Origin: Oligoflexia bacterium
GTDB lineage: Bacteria > Bdellovibrionota > UBA1018
NCBI GenBank assembly: GCA_043732485.1
Contig: JAYTHP010000175.1
Span: forward strand, 63-64,062
DNA length: 64,000 bases
Direction of reading: 5' to 3'
Shown here: positions 9,485 through 18,710 of the stretch, piece by piece
Layout of the letters: each line of letters opens with the position of its first letter
Numbering within the stretch: position 1 is the stretch's first letter
Made by a program: the position numbers and the translations under genes
The notes under the pieces: generated by a model
The model's input: only the letters and a program-made list of their open reading frames with translations
The model's database searches: none
Told to the model about the DNA's origin: nothing

Positions 9485-10048
9485 CTAGAGCGCGTAGCGG
9501 AGCGCCGCCTGAGCCTGAAGGTCCGTCAGGTTTGCTTGACTACTGGCTGCCTGCGTTGCGTACATGAAGCTCACGCGAGGGCCGACTGATAATCCCATAA
9601 GAATTGGAAAATCACAACCAGCCACCGCTCCGAAAGCAAAAGAAGTGTTCGTCGTCGAATTAAAAACACTAAAAACACCCACACCCGCGCGAGCCCCCAC
9701 ATAAAGCGGACTGATCAATCCTGGAAAATGATACTGAAGATCACCCGTGATGAAGGTCTCTGTAACATAGAGTCCCAGATCCGCTAAATTCTTCCCTAAA
9801 TAGGAGGGATTCAACTCACTGGTCACGACGCTCGCACCGAGCTCGACACTAGGATGGACCATGTATCCGACTCGGCCACCCCAACCGAAGGAAGTTGAAC
9901 TCGCGGACGCACCTGAGGCGTTCAGGCTTGAAAGATCCACGCCCAGTAAAGCACTGACATTAAGGCCTAATTCAGCAGCCTGGCTCACAGAACCACTCAA
10001 GGAAAACAACAATCCGACAACCGCGACGACTCTGGTCATTCGCCTCAT
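9485..10048 (-). CDS. Putative outer-membrane beta-barrel protein, paralog B
   Basis: The signal peptide is MRRMTRVVAVVGLLFSLSGSVSQA-AE, and the conserved blocks match those of 8729..9340. Confidence 0.6.
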   Translation of the reverse strand: MRRMTRVVAVVGLLFSLSGSVSQAAELGLNVSALLGVDLSSLNASGASASSTSFGWGGRVGYMVHPSVELGASVVTSELNPSYLGKNLADLGLYVTETFITGDLQYHFPGLISPLYVGARAGVGVFSVFNSTTNTSFAFGAVAGCDFPILMGLSVGPRVSFMYATQAASSQANLTDLQAQAALRYAL

Positions 10049-10342
10049 ACTTCCTTTCTCCTCCGGGTTACTTGGACCCTAGCAATTTTAAGTCCTTTCT
10101 TGATTCTAGCATAAAGAAGGAACCTAATAAAAAATAATAAAAGAATAAAATTAGCGTTGTCACCCGACACCCAAGAGTGATTTTTTGTCAAAATCCTGAC
10201 TCGAAAATTCGACCAAAACAGCGGGGCTCGCTCTCAGGTGACCTTCGCCTGGTATTTCCGCTGTTTTTTCGGCAAGAAAAGCCCCCAAGATCCCAACCTT
10301 CACTCGTTGCCCTGCCGCAATCCCTACTCCCACCGCCCGCGG

Positions 10343-11701
10343 TTACAGCAAATTACTTGCCAACTCCGACAGCTTCGAGCGCTCGCCTTTGGTCAGCGTA
10401 ATATGCGCTGCAATCGGCTCATCTTTAAAGCGATCCACTAAATAGACTAGCCCGTTGTTGGCCGAATCGACATAGGGATTATCGATTTGAAAGCTATCCC
10501 CCGTTAACACGATTTTGGTGTCATCCCCTGCACGCGTCACAATGGTCTTAATCTCATGGGGAGTGAGATTTTGTGACTCATCAACAATCAAGTACTGCTG
10601 CGGAATTGAGCGACCACGGATGTAGGTCAACGGCTCGATTTGCAGCAAACCCTGATTTAAAAGCTCCTGACAACCTTTCCCCGCTCCGCGACCCCCTTTG
10701 GCGCCCGTGGCACCAAAGAGAAAATCGATGTTATCATAGATCGGCTGCATCCAAGGATTGAGCTTCTCTTCAATGTCGCCCGGTAAAAACCCAATATCTT
10801 TGCCCAGCGGAAAAACTGGACGCGAGACCAGCAAACGGTGATAAACGCTTTCATCCACTGTTTTTGCTAAGCCTGCTGCAATCGCAAGCAAGGTCTTCCC
10901 GGTGCCTGCTTTGCCCACCAAACTCACTAGCTTGATCTCATCATTGAGCAACGCATCAATGGCAAAGGCTTGCTCAGCATTTTTGGGGAAAATACCCCAC
11001 AAACCCTCAGCCGGCTTAAAAATCGGCACCAAACATTCGAGCTCCTTGGAATAGCGCGCCATCGCAGTATGGGTCGGATTAGCCAGATCCTTTAAAATCA
11101 CATACTGGTTGGGACGCACCGCCTGCAAGTGGGCGTCTCTTAAAGCCAGTTTCTTGTACTGATAAAACTCATCCACCTTGTGCGACTCAACCAACAGCGT
11201 CAAGGTGCCTGAAAAAAGCTCATCCGGACTCACCCGCGAAGGCTCATAATCATCAGCGCTAATGCCTAAAGCGTCAGCCTTGATCCTTAAATTGATATCC
11301 TTGGTCACAAAGACCACCGGACGCTTCGGGAAGTCCTTGCGCATCGACAAGGCCACCGCTAAAATGCGATTATCGGCTTTATCGGCGTCGAGCTCCAACG
11401 GTAAGGGGTGCAAGCCCCCTAAAACGATGGTTAAAATCCCCCCGTTGGCTAATTTTACCCCTTTAGAAAGCTCACCGTCTTTGCGCATTTCATCAATTAA
11501 GCGGGAGAAAAGCCTGGCATGGCGGCCGTTTTCACTCATTTCCCGCTTAAAACGGTCCACTTCTTCCACCACCACAATCGGGATGACCACATCATTGTTC
11601 CCGAACTTAAAAAGTGCCTGGGGATCAAACAACAAAACATTGGTGTCTAAGATAAAGGCTTTACGCAAAGTGAACCTCGTTTCACAACTCTCACCGATCA
11701 A
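10343..11701 (-). CDS. PhoH2-type protein (N-terminal PIN domain + PhoH ATPase)
   Basis: 452 aa. The PIN-like start is FILDTNVLLFDP. The PhoH Walker A is VGKAGTGKTLLAIAAGL, and LIVDESQNLTPHE is also present. Confidence 0.9.
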   Translation of the reverse strand: MIGESCETRFTLRKAFILDTNVLLFDPQALFKFGNNDVVIPIVVVEEVDRFKREMSENGRHARLFSRLIDEMRKDGELSKGVKLANGGILTIVLGGLHPLPLELDADKADNRILAVALSMRKDFPKRPVVFVTKDINLRIKADALGISADDYEPSRVSPDELFSGTLTLLVESHKVDEFYQYKKLALRDAHLQAVRPNQYVILKDLANPTHTAMARYSKELECLVPIFKPAEGLWGIFPKNAEQAFAIDALLNDEIKLVSLVGKAGTGKTLLAIAAGLAKTVDESVYHRLLVSRPVFPLGKDIGFLPGDIEEKLNPWMQPIYDNIDFLFGATGAKGGRGAGKGCQELLNQGLLQIEPLTYIRGRSIPQQYLIVDESQNLTPHEIKTIVTRAGDDTKIVLTGDSFQIDNPYVDSANNGLVYLVDRFKDEPIAAHITLTKGERSKLSELASNLL

Positions 11702-11824
11702 AAATCTTCTCTCAGCAACACGCGATTTTTTTTCGTGAGGTTTGGTTAACTAGCAACAAGAAATTAAAAAAACTGTCACCCAGCGGCCGGAAGTGAAAGC
11801 TCCCCACCCCCTACCACCTTAGGC

Positions 11825-12433
11825 CTACAACCCAAACTGTAGACCGACTAAGCCGCAAAAGAGATTCATTTGCTGCGTCCCGGCGTTGGAGAAATCATAC
11901 CGGGCCTGCGGCTGTATAAAAAAAGCCATGGAGCGACCGATTGCGATGGCAAGTTTGAGATCTCCAGCCACGCCATAAATCGTATTACCAAAACCGCTGA
12001 GCGGGAGCGAATAAAAACCGCCCGCTCCCAAAGAAAGCACTTTGCCGAGGTGCCAGCGCAAAAGAACCGGCACATCGAGGTAATTACCCAGCGACTGCCC
12101 GATTTGCGTCAAGTTTCGTTTGGTGTAGATCAAGGAAAAATCGAGACCCACTTTGCCGACTAACCTCATTTCGTAGCCAAAACCCAGCCCAAAACCATTT
12201 TTTTGGGGATCAGCCCCAGTACTAAAATTGCGATCCAACACGTTGGCAATGAGATTAAAGCGCGGCGCGGCAATCGCCAACTGCGTGCTGAGCAACCAGC
12301 CGATCAGGCTCAAGAAGAAGACGGAAGGAGCAGAAAACGAGACTATGGCAAACTTTTGACACTGACAAGCCGCGACCAACCCACCGGCCTTCAAAGCTCT
12401 TACGCCAAAATTACCGTTGCCAAAAATGCCCAT
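11825..12433 (-). CDS. Small outer-membrane beta-barrel protein (OMP_b-brl-like)
   Basis: Alternating beta-strand pattern (GFGLGFGYEMRLVGKVGLDFSLIYTKR ... GLVGLQFGL-stop). The start was taken at the ATG at 12433 rather than the ORF-track 12556, which would overlap the upstream gene. The start is uncertain. Confidence 0.5.
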   Translation of the reverse strand: MGIFGNGNFGVRALKAGGLVAACQCQKFAIVSFSAPSVFFLSLIGWLLSTQLAIAAPRFNLIANVLDRNFSTGADPQKNGFGLGFGYEMRLVGKVGLDFSLIYTKRNLTQIGQSLGNYLDVPVLLRWHLGKVLSLGAGGFYSLPLSGFGNTIYGVAGDLKLAIAIGRSMAFFIQPQARYDFSNAGTQQMNLFCGLVGLQFGL

Positions 12434-12545
12434 AAAACCCCTCTTTCTTGCTGACTTTTTGCATACCCTTTTTACCGGACCACGATGAATCGGGCTGTCG
12501 TCCGCCTCAGCCGTCTCAGCCACCTCAACCTTAACCAATCGATTC

Positions 12546-13772
12546 TCAAAAATCAAACTGAAGTGACGTATAAGCTAGACTCCGCCGCTCCGTACTCACC
12601 CCATTGAGGGCACCGAGTTGCTCGGCGTAAGACAAATAACCGACGCGAAACAAGGCCAGATGCACCATCACGCCGTAACTAGGCAGCAATTGATTGAGCC
12701 CGGCAAAAAAACTCACCACCGGCAACTGCACTTCCCAGCCGAAATGCAGCTTATTGCGGTAATCCAGCGACTCAAAAACATGCCCATAATCAAAGGAAAA
12801 AAGCGTGCTGACGTCTTGCGTCTCAAGCTTCAAAGCCAAGCCAGCCACCAAGTTGGACGCAATCGGAGCTCCGCCACCCGATAAAAACGAAGTCATTCCA
12901 ATGTCCGTATAGGCTAGTGCCCCTGAAAGTTGCACCTTTTTGCTCAAACGATAGACTAGCTGAGCGCCGGCATCCGCACCATAACCGCGGCCAAAGATAC
13001 TCGCTTTTGAATAAATTGAGCTCACCTGGAAGGTCATTAAATCAGTCAAAGACGGCGTGGTATAGCCGCCCGCCCGCCACAGCATCTTAAGCGCCACGCC
13101 TAAGCGCAATCCCCCCTTTTTTTTCCGGAACTTCAGCACCTGAAAGCCCCAGGCCGCCTGGCCACCATAAGTAGTTTGCAATCCAACGGTCAGCGCAGGA
13201 CTGGCAGGATTTTGCAGCCGCAAAGCAATCTCTTCGCTGCCAATCACGCTAAAGCCAAAACCAGGGAGTAGGATCTCGGCATTGCCTTGCGCTCTCAAGA
13301 AGAGATTTTTGCCCATCAAGGCATTCAAGGTGGTGAGACCCGATTGATTGGCCACCGCGGCTAAACTCGTCCCACTGCTCAAGGCGTCCCCCGACAACTC
13401 GAGCTGCAGCGCCGCCAGTTGCAAAGAAATTTTTGTTTGCCCAGCAAGCCCTGCGGGGTTAAAAAAAATCGCTTGCTCGTCATCCGCCACCGCCGTAAAG
13501 GCATTCCCCATGGCTTGTGCTCTCAGCCCACGGTAAAGCGGCCGACCCTCAAACCCTACAGCCGCCCCCTCCCCCCACCCAACCAGCAGCAGGCCCAGCC
13601 AACCCACACTCGTCAAGAGCGCAAGCCGACTGGCCTCGCCTAGGCAACTGCCGCCCGCCCTTACGCTCTGTTGCAGCAAGAGCAGCAGGAGACAACCGCT
13701 CTTCGTTTTAAACTTTGTTCCGCTCGGCACTTTACTACCCCCCACGCCACCGCCTACGCCAGCTCTCCCCAT
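12546..13772 (-). CDS. Outer-membrane beta-barrel, PorV/TraF/UPF0164-like
   Basis: The N-terminal mature motif is RAQAMGNAFTAVADDEQAIFFNPAGLAG, which fits the GMGGAxxAxxDDxxAxxxNPAGLA signature of these barrels. The C-terminus is YTSLQFDF with a terminal Phe. The start is uncertain. Confidence 0.55.
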   Translation of the reverse strand: MGRAGVGGGVGGSKVPSGTKFKTKSGCLLLLLLQQSVRAGGSCLGEASRLALLTSVGWLGLLLVGWGEGAAVGFEGRPLYRGLRAQAMGNAFTAVADDEQAIFFNPAGLAGQTKISLQLAALQLELSGDALSSGTSLAAVANQSGLTTLNALMGKNLFLRAQGNAEILLPGFGFSVIGSEEIALRLQNPASPALTVGLQTTYGGQAAWGFQVLKFRKKKGGLRLGVALKMLWRAGGYTTPSLTDLMTFQVSSIYSKASIFGRGYGADAGAQLVYRLSKKVQLSGALAYTDIGMTSFLSGGGAPIASNLVAGLALKLETQDVSTLFSFDYGHVFESLDYRNKLHFGWEVQLPVVSFFAGLNQLLPSYGVMVHLALFRVGYLSYAEQLGALNGVSTERRSLAYTSLQFDF

Positions 13773-13836
13773 CTTCTAAGCCTCCCGCACCCTCTCACCA
13801 CAAAAAACCTGACGCCCACACACCGCAAGCGCTGCC

Positions 13837-14946
13837 TCAAAGCCAGCTAGGATTGATCAAAAAATGAATCAGCCCAGCCCCGGCGCAGGAATTAACATCC
13901 GTATCGAGCCCCGTACAACTAGTGCGATCCCGTAAAGTGACCGGACACTGCGAGCAAGTCACCGAATTATTGCAGCCCAAGACCGATTGGCACCCTAAGG
14001 CACAAGCAAGATCTAAACCCGCGCCGAGATAAACTTCAAGCTGGCCAAAAGCCTCAGAGAACTTCCCCGTGCTATTTTGCTGCAACGCCTGCAAACTGTC
14101 ATAAAAATGCATCACCCCCGAGACCAAGGCACAAGGATCGCCTTTCATCCCGGAAGCAGCCGTCCACGAACTCGGTAACTGGTGGTTGACGCCATTTCGG
14201 CTCAACAGCGAACCCATCAAGGACATGCTCATCAAAAGCAAATAGCTATTGGCGTCCCGCGCCCGGTCCTCAAACAAAAGCGAGCCCGGATTAAAGGACG
14301 TGGTGTTAGCCGAAATTGCAGGCACCAGCAAAGTGCCGGGTTTAAGCGTCGCAATGAGCGCATCAATGGAGTAAGCCGAGGAAAGCGGAATGCGGTCATC
14401 CGGCGAAGCGACGGAGGGAAAGCTGACTGCTAAATAGGCCCATAATCCGGCGGAACTCAAGGCACTAGCGTGAGTCACAAGACTGGCAATCAGGCTAAAA
14501 AACTTCACTCCGGCATAACAGCCGTAGACGGAGGCCATCTGCAGCCTTAAGGCACTGGTTGAGCTACTGGAATTGTAGTAAGGGTAAAGCGTTTGATAGG
14601 CGGCGGCACAATTTTCTTGATCAAGCTGGATTTGCGTTTGCTCAATCAGCGCCGTTTGCATGTCCGTCGTCAAAGTACTACCGACGCTGCCCACCGGCAT
14701 GCTGCAACCGTAAAAGAGCGTACTGGAACTAAGCCCGCCCAGGAGCAAAAAAAGCGAAAAATATTTTCGACACCTTGTGTATTGCAAAACGACTGTCACT
14801 CCCTTGACGATTGAGCCTGACGGCTGCGTAATGAGAAGTGATCCAAGCAGCACCCACCCCAACAACGCTACCTGCGCCGCTGCTACTGCTGCTACTGCTG
14901 CTGCTGCTGCTGCTGTTTTAAGTCGCTGATTTTTTGAGAAAATCAA
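13837..14946 (-). CDS. Cys-rich putative lipoprotein, unknown function
   Basis: It contains KYFSLFLLLGGLSSSTLFYGC-S (lipobox-like) and a C-terminal Cys cluster (ACALGCQSVLGCNNSVTCSQCPVTLRDRTSCTGLDTDVNSC). The 5' end of the ORF overlaps the aminotransferase and is a poly-Ala/(GCT)n tract, so a later TTG start near 14780 is plausible. Confidence 0.45.
   Translation of the reverse strand: MIFSKNQRLKTAAAAAAVAAVAAAQVALLGWVLLGSLLITQPSGSIVKGVTVVLQYTRCRKYFSLFLLLGGLSSSTLFYGCSMPVGSVGSTLTTDMQTALIEQTQIQLDQENCAAAYQTLYPYYNSSSSTSALRLQMASVYGCYAGVKFFSLIASLVTHASALSSAGLWAYLAVSFPSVASPDDRIPLSSAYSIDALIATLKPGTLLVPAISANTTSFNPGSLLFEDRARDANSYLLLMSMSLMGSLLSRNGVNHQLPSSWTAASGMKGDPCALVSGVMHFYDSLQALQQNSTGKFSEAFGQLEVYLGAGLDLACALGCQSVLGCNNSVTCSQCPVTLRDRTSCTGLDTDVNSCAGAGLIHFLINPSWL
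14879..14914. repeat. Imperfect trinucleotide repeat (GCT)2ACT(GCT)2ACT(GCT)6
   Basis: Read directly from the sequence. It lies immediately 3' of the aminotransferase stop and 5' of, or inside the start of, the lipoprotein ORF. Confidence 0.9.
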
Positions 14947-16174
14947 CTAACCTCAGACACCCCCCCTTAAGGGTAGCTTCATTTGTGGCAAAGCTCAACC
15001 GAATTGAATCAGGAGCACCAAAAATGCCACCCGGCACGACGGCAACCCCGCACTGAGTGAGTAACTTCTCTGCCAGATCGCTAGCCGTTTCCTGGGGCGC
15101 AAGATAGGCCTTAATGTCGAGAAATAAATAAAAAGCGCCCTCAGGAATCACCACGCGAGTTCCGCCACCGCTTAAACCTGCCAGATAGCCTACCATCTGA
15201 TTTCTTCGCTCTAAATAGCTGTCTTTTTGCCCCTGAAAACTCTCCTCTGGCAACTTCAAGGCCGCAACACTTGCCCACTGCGCCAAGGAATTAATACCAG
15301 AAGTACTTTGCCCCTGCAAAATCACTAACGACTCAGTCAATCGCTGAGGAGCCACCGACCAGCCAATCCGCCAGCCCGTCATGGCAGCACTCTTGGACAT
15401 GCCATTAATCGTAATCGTTTGCTCGCGCCACTGGGGAGCGGCTGCCAAGAAGGAACAAAAAACCGCAGGCGGAAAGACGATGCGGTCATAAATTTCATCA
15501 GAAAGCACCCACAATTTACGCCCCAGCTCCACAAAAGGCTGACTTTCTAAGACCTGCACTAGCGCCTGAAATTCCTGTGCGCTGTAGACGGCGCCTGTTG
15601 GATTATTAGGCGAGTTGAGGATCAGCATTTTTACCGAACGACCATTCGCTGGAGCGTGCTGCTGTGCCAGTAAGGCTTGTCGCAATTGCTCAGGCTGCAA
15701 CTTATAGCCATGCGCCGGATCAGTCGGGATTATCACCGGCACACCACCGCACAGTTGCACCATCGAGGGATAGCTCAGCCAATAGGGCGCAGGTATCAAG
15801 ACCCGCTCACCGGGCTTGAGTAACGCCAGAAAAGTGTTAAAAATAGCTTGCTTACCGCCGTTGGTGATCACCACGTCTTGCGCGCTCCACCTCTTGACAA
15901 GCTTAGGCTGGGCACGATTAGTTTTCTCAGCCACTTGCGCCCGCAACTCGGGTATCCCGGCCACCGGGGTGTACTTTGAGGCATTAGCCGTAAGGGCCTC
16001 GCGCACCGCTTGCTTGGCCGCCTCTGGCACAAAAAAATCAGGCTCGCCGGCGGTAAAATTAAAGATCTCTTGACCTTGCTTTTTCATCTCAGCCACCAAA
16101 GCATTCAGCCGCAAGGTGGCGCTTTCCGACACCCCGCGCATGCGATCAGCTAAAAAGTCCTGAGAATCCGTCAC
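14918..16174 (-). CDS. Pyridoxal-phosphate-dependent aminotransferase, class I (aspartate aminotransferase-like)
   Basis: 418 aa, with LNSPNNPTGAVYS and the PLP-lysine block NGMSKSAAMTGWRIGW. Confidence 0.9.
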   Translation of the reverse strand: MTDSQDFLADRMRGVSESATLRLNALVAEMKKQGQEIFNFTAGEPDFFVPEAAKQAVREALTANASKYTPVAGIPELRAQVAEKTNRAQPKLVKRWSAQDVVITNGGKQAIFNTFLALLKPGERVLIPAPYWLSYPSMVQLCGGVPVIIPTDPAHGYKLQPEQLRQALLAQQHAPANGRSVKMLILNSPNNPTGAVYSAQEFQALVQVLESQPFVELGRKLWVLSDEIYDRIVFPPAVFCSFLAAAPQWREQTITINGMSKSAAMTGWRIGWSVAPQRLTESLVILQGQSTSGINSLAQWASVAALKLPEESFQGQKDSYLERRNQMVGYLAGLSGGGTRVVIPEGAFYLFLDIKAYLAPQETASDLAEKLLTQCGVAVVPGGIFGAPDSIRLSFATNEATLKGGCLRLVDFLKKSAT

Positions 16175-16182
16175 AGGGGGAT

Positions 16183-16680
16183 TTAAGATGGCGCAACTCC
16201 TTTAAATTTTTCCTGCAATTGCAACGCCACCGCTTTGGGCACATAAGCGGAAATGTCGCCGCCATGGTAGAAAATTTCCTTCATCATCGTCGAGCTCACA
16301 AAATAAAGATGCGGCGCAGTCATTAAAAAAACCGTCTCTGCCTCAGGATTCAGTTTCTTGTTCATACTGGCCATCATAAATTCGAACTCAAAGTCGCTCG
16401 CCGCCCGCAAGCCACGAATCACGGCCACAACCCCTTTTTTCTTCGCGTAATCCATAAGCAAACCGGAACAGCTCTCCACCGACACCCCCGCGCGATCAGC
16501 CGTCACTTCTTGAATGAGTGCCAGGCGCTCGGCAAGCGATAAAAGCGGCTTTTTTTGTCTCGAACCCGCCACCACCAGTGTCACATGGGAAAAAAGCTTC
16601 AAACTGCGATCTAAAATATCCAGATGTCCGTTGGTGATCGGATCAAACGACCCGGGATAGATGGCTTGCTGATGCTTCAT
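16183..16680 (-). CDS. coaD: Phosphopantetheine adenylyltransferase
   Basis: MKHQQAIYPGSFDPITNGHLDILDRS contains the T/HxGH motif. The start was taken at the internal ATG at 16680. Confidence 0.95.
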   Translation of the reverse strand: MKHQQAIYPGSFDPITNGHLDILDRSLKLFSHVTLVVAGSRQKKPLLSLAERLALIQEVTADRAGVSVESCSGLLMDYAKKKGVVAVIRGLRAASDFEFEFMMASMNKKLNPEAETVFLMTAPHLYFVSSTMMKEIFYHGGDISAYVPKAVALQLQEKFKGVAPS

Positions 16681-16836
16681 GCGCTTGTTCGCTTCTTTCT
16701 CTTGGACGCTCGTCAGACGGCACACGGCTGCTGCTTGGGGCTATTTTCTTTTTGCTTGCCACACCCACGCACAACTACCCCAGTCGCGCACGCGACGTAC
16801 TCCATTATTCACCAAGCAACCACCCCACGCCAGCCC

Positions 16837-17466
16837 TTAGTTGGTTTTTTTATAAAAAGTCAGCCGACTCTCGCCGTAACTTTTTTCCCGGGTTTTCTCT
16901 AAACCATTTATCTCATTGGGTAATTCTTGAAATCTTGCTGTCTTGGGACTCCACTCTAAACAAAACAAACCCTGGGGCGCTAAGGCCTGCTCCCAAGGGA
17001 TTTGCTCAAGTAATTTCAGTTCATAGCCCGCCTGGTAAGGGGGGTCGGCAAAGATCAGCTGAAAAGGCATTTCAGGCGCTAAACGCTTCCAAGCCTGCTC
17101 AACGGAGACTGGCAATACTTTGGCTTGCTGCTCAACCTGCAGGGCTTGCAAATTGAGTTGAAGACAGCGAACCGCACTGGGCTCTACTTCGACAAAAACG
17201 GCGCGGGCTGCCCCCCGCGACAAAGCCTCAAGCCCTAGCGCCCCTGAGCCTGCGAAGAGATCTAAAACCAGAGCGCCTGGGAGCTGAAACTGCAAGGCGT
17301 TAAAGCAAGCCTGCCGCAACTTCACGCCGGTAGGCCGGGTCGACTGCTTTAGACCCGCAGTCACCAAGCTGCGGCCACGAAATTCTCCCCCGGTAATGCG
17401 AATCACGGTCAGTAGGCTTCCTTTCTCTGCGTGAGGAGCTGCGGCAGGCGACCTGAGAAGGGTCAA
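16837..17466 (-). CDS. rsmD: 16S rRNA (guanine966-N2)-methyltransferase RsmD
   Basis: IRITGGEFRGRSL, DLFAGSGALGLEALSRGA and IFADPPY are present, and the gene sits in the conserved rsmD-coaD adjacency. Confidence 0.85.
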   Translation of the reverse strand: MTLLRSPAAAPHAEKGSLLTVIRITGGEFRGRSLVTAGLKQSTRPTGVKLRQACFNALQFQLPGALVLDLFAGSGALGLEALSRGAARAVFVEVEPSAVRCLQLNLQALQVEQQAKVLPVSVEQAWKRLAPEMPFQLIFADPPYQAGYELKLLEQIPWEQALAPQGLFCLEWSPKTARFQELPNEINGLEKTREKSYGESRLTFYKKTN

Positions 17467-17670
17467 CGATCATCCACGGCAACTCCCGTTTTCCTCATCT
17501 TTAGACAAAAAGTCGATGCCCCCCCCCGTCTCACCGAACGCACTGGAAGTGCCGTCTGACCAGTTTAAGGGATAAGCCAAAGCTGCCCTTGAAGTAAAGC
17601 AAAGAAGAGGCATCCTTCAGAAAGACATCAGGAGAGAAGATTTTTCGGGTTTTTTCTATGAAAACAAAGA

Positions 17671-17689
17671 AGAGAGAGAGAGAGAGAGA
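17671..17689. repeat. (AG)9 dinucleotide microsatellite
   Basis: AGAGAGAGAGAGAGAGAGA read directly from the sequence, in intergenic DNA. Confidence 0.9.
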
Positions 17690-17765
17690 ACCTCACTCAA
17701 ATCCGCCGGCGCACCTTTAGGCCTTCCTCGCAGCAGCGCGCCTCCTCCCGCCTTTTGCCGGAGGC

Positions 17766-18317
17766 TCAAAGCGGCAATTTGAGAGCTAAACCCTGTTCCA
17801 TCTCCAAGTGAATCGCTTGGTCTTGGAAGCGCAAGACCAAGGACCTGCCTTGGTACTGGAACTGAAAATGCAGATTACCGCTGACTTGCATCATTAAACT
17901 AGCCGGCACACTAGCCGCCAGGTGAGAGGCCGGCGTAGCGGTTGAAACAGCAGCCGCTAGGTGTGCAGCAGCTGCCAGTACCGGAGCCAAAGCAGGACGG
18001 ACAGGCTGGGCTGCGGGCTGTGCGACCTCAAACGGCGACTGCTCTGACTGTGCCAGCGACTGATTTTCTAAAAAAACCTCTTGAGTAAACGCCGCCGCTT
18101 CTGCCATGCTCTTATGGGCGAGGCTGACGCTTGGAGCTGACTGCGGGTGAGTGGCCTCAGGCGTTGCAGCGATAGAGGACTGAGCATTTGAAGGGACGGG
18201 CGCTTCTGCTTTTTTCTGCAGGCGACCGGTTGCATCCCCCATATCTTTTTGGAGTTCCTCAATTTCGTTCATGATTTTACTGATTTCATCATCTGTCTGA
18301 AGGTTGACCTGGGTCAT
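17766..18317 (-). CDS. Hypothetical protein (N-terminal coiled coil, Ala/Pro/Gln-rich middle, C-terminal beta-rich ~45 aa)
   Basis: The ATG at 18317 is preceded by AGGAGA and gives MTQVNLQTDDEISKIMNEIEELQKDMGD. The ORF-track extension to 18560 crosses a G10 tract and does not look protein-like. Confidence 0.4.
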   Translation of the reverse strand: MTQVNLQTDDEISKIMNEIEELQKDMGDATGRLQKKAEAPVPSNAQSSIAATPEATHPQSAPSVSLAHKSMAEAAAFTQEVFLENQSLAQSEQSPFEVAQPAAQPVRPALAPVLAAAAHLAAAVSTATPASHLAASVPASLMMQVSGNLHFQFQYQGRSLVLRFQDQAIHLEMEQGLALKLPL

Positions 18318-18710
18318 TGCAACAATTCTCCTGCCTATCCATTCGGTTATTGTGGCTGGAAAATGAATAAAAATGATGGGTTTCGTTGCAAAAACACTAG
18401 TAATCTGGTGTGCGATTCGCTTTTCAGGCGTTGCGTTGGTATTTTGAAGACAACAAGCGGGTAGTAAGGCGATTCTGAGGCGCGTTTTCTCAGGGCGTGG
18501 GGGGGGGGAGTGGCGGTCTTGCGACCGTGCTCTGCCGCACAGCAGCAACTCTGCACTCAAAGCAGTGAGACGCCGGGGAAGTCAAAAAATTGGCGACTTG
18601 AGAACCCTTGATTGCGCACCCGCCGTTTTGAAGCTTATGGCTGCTTTTTGGTGATCACCAGTTGATGGCAAGACGCGAGCGCGCAAGTAAAAGAGAGAAA
18701 GGAGAGAGCG

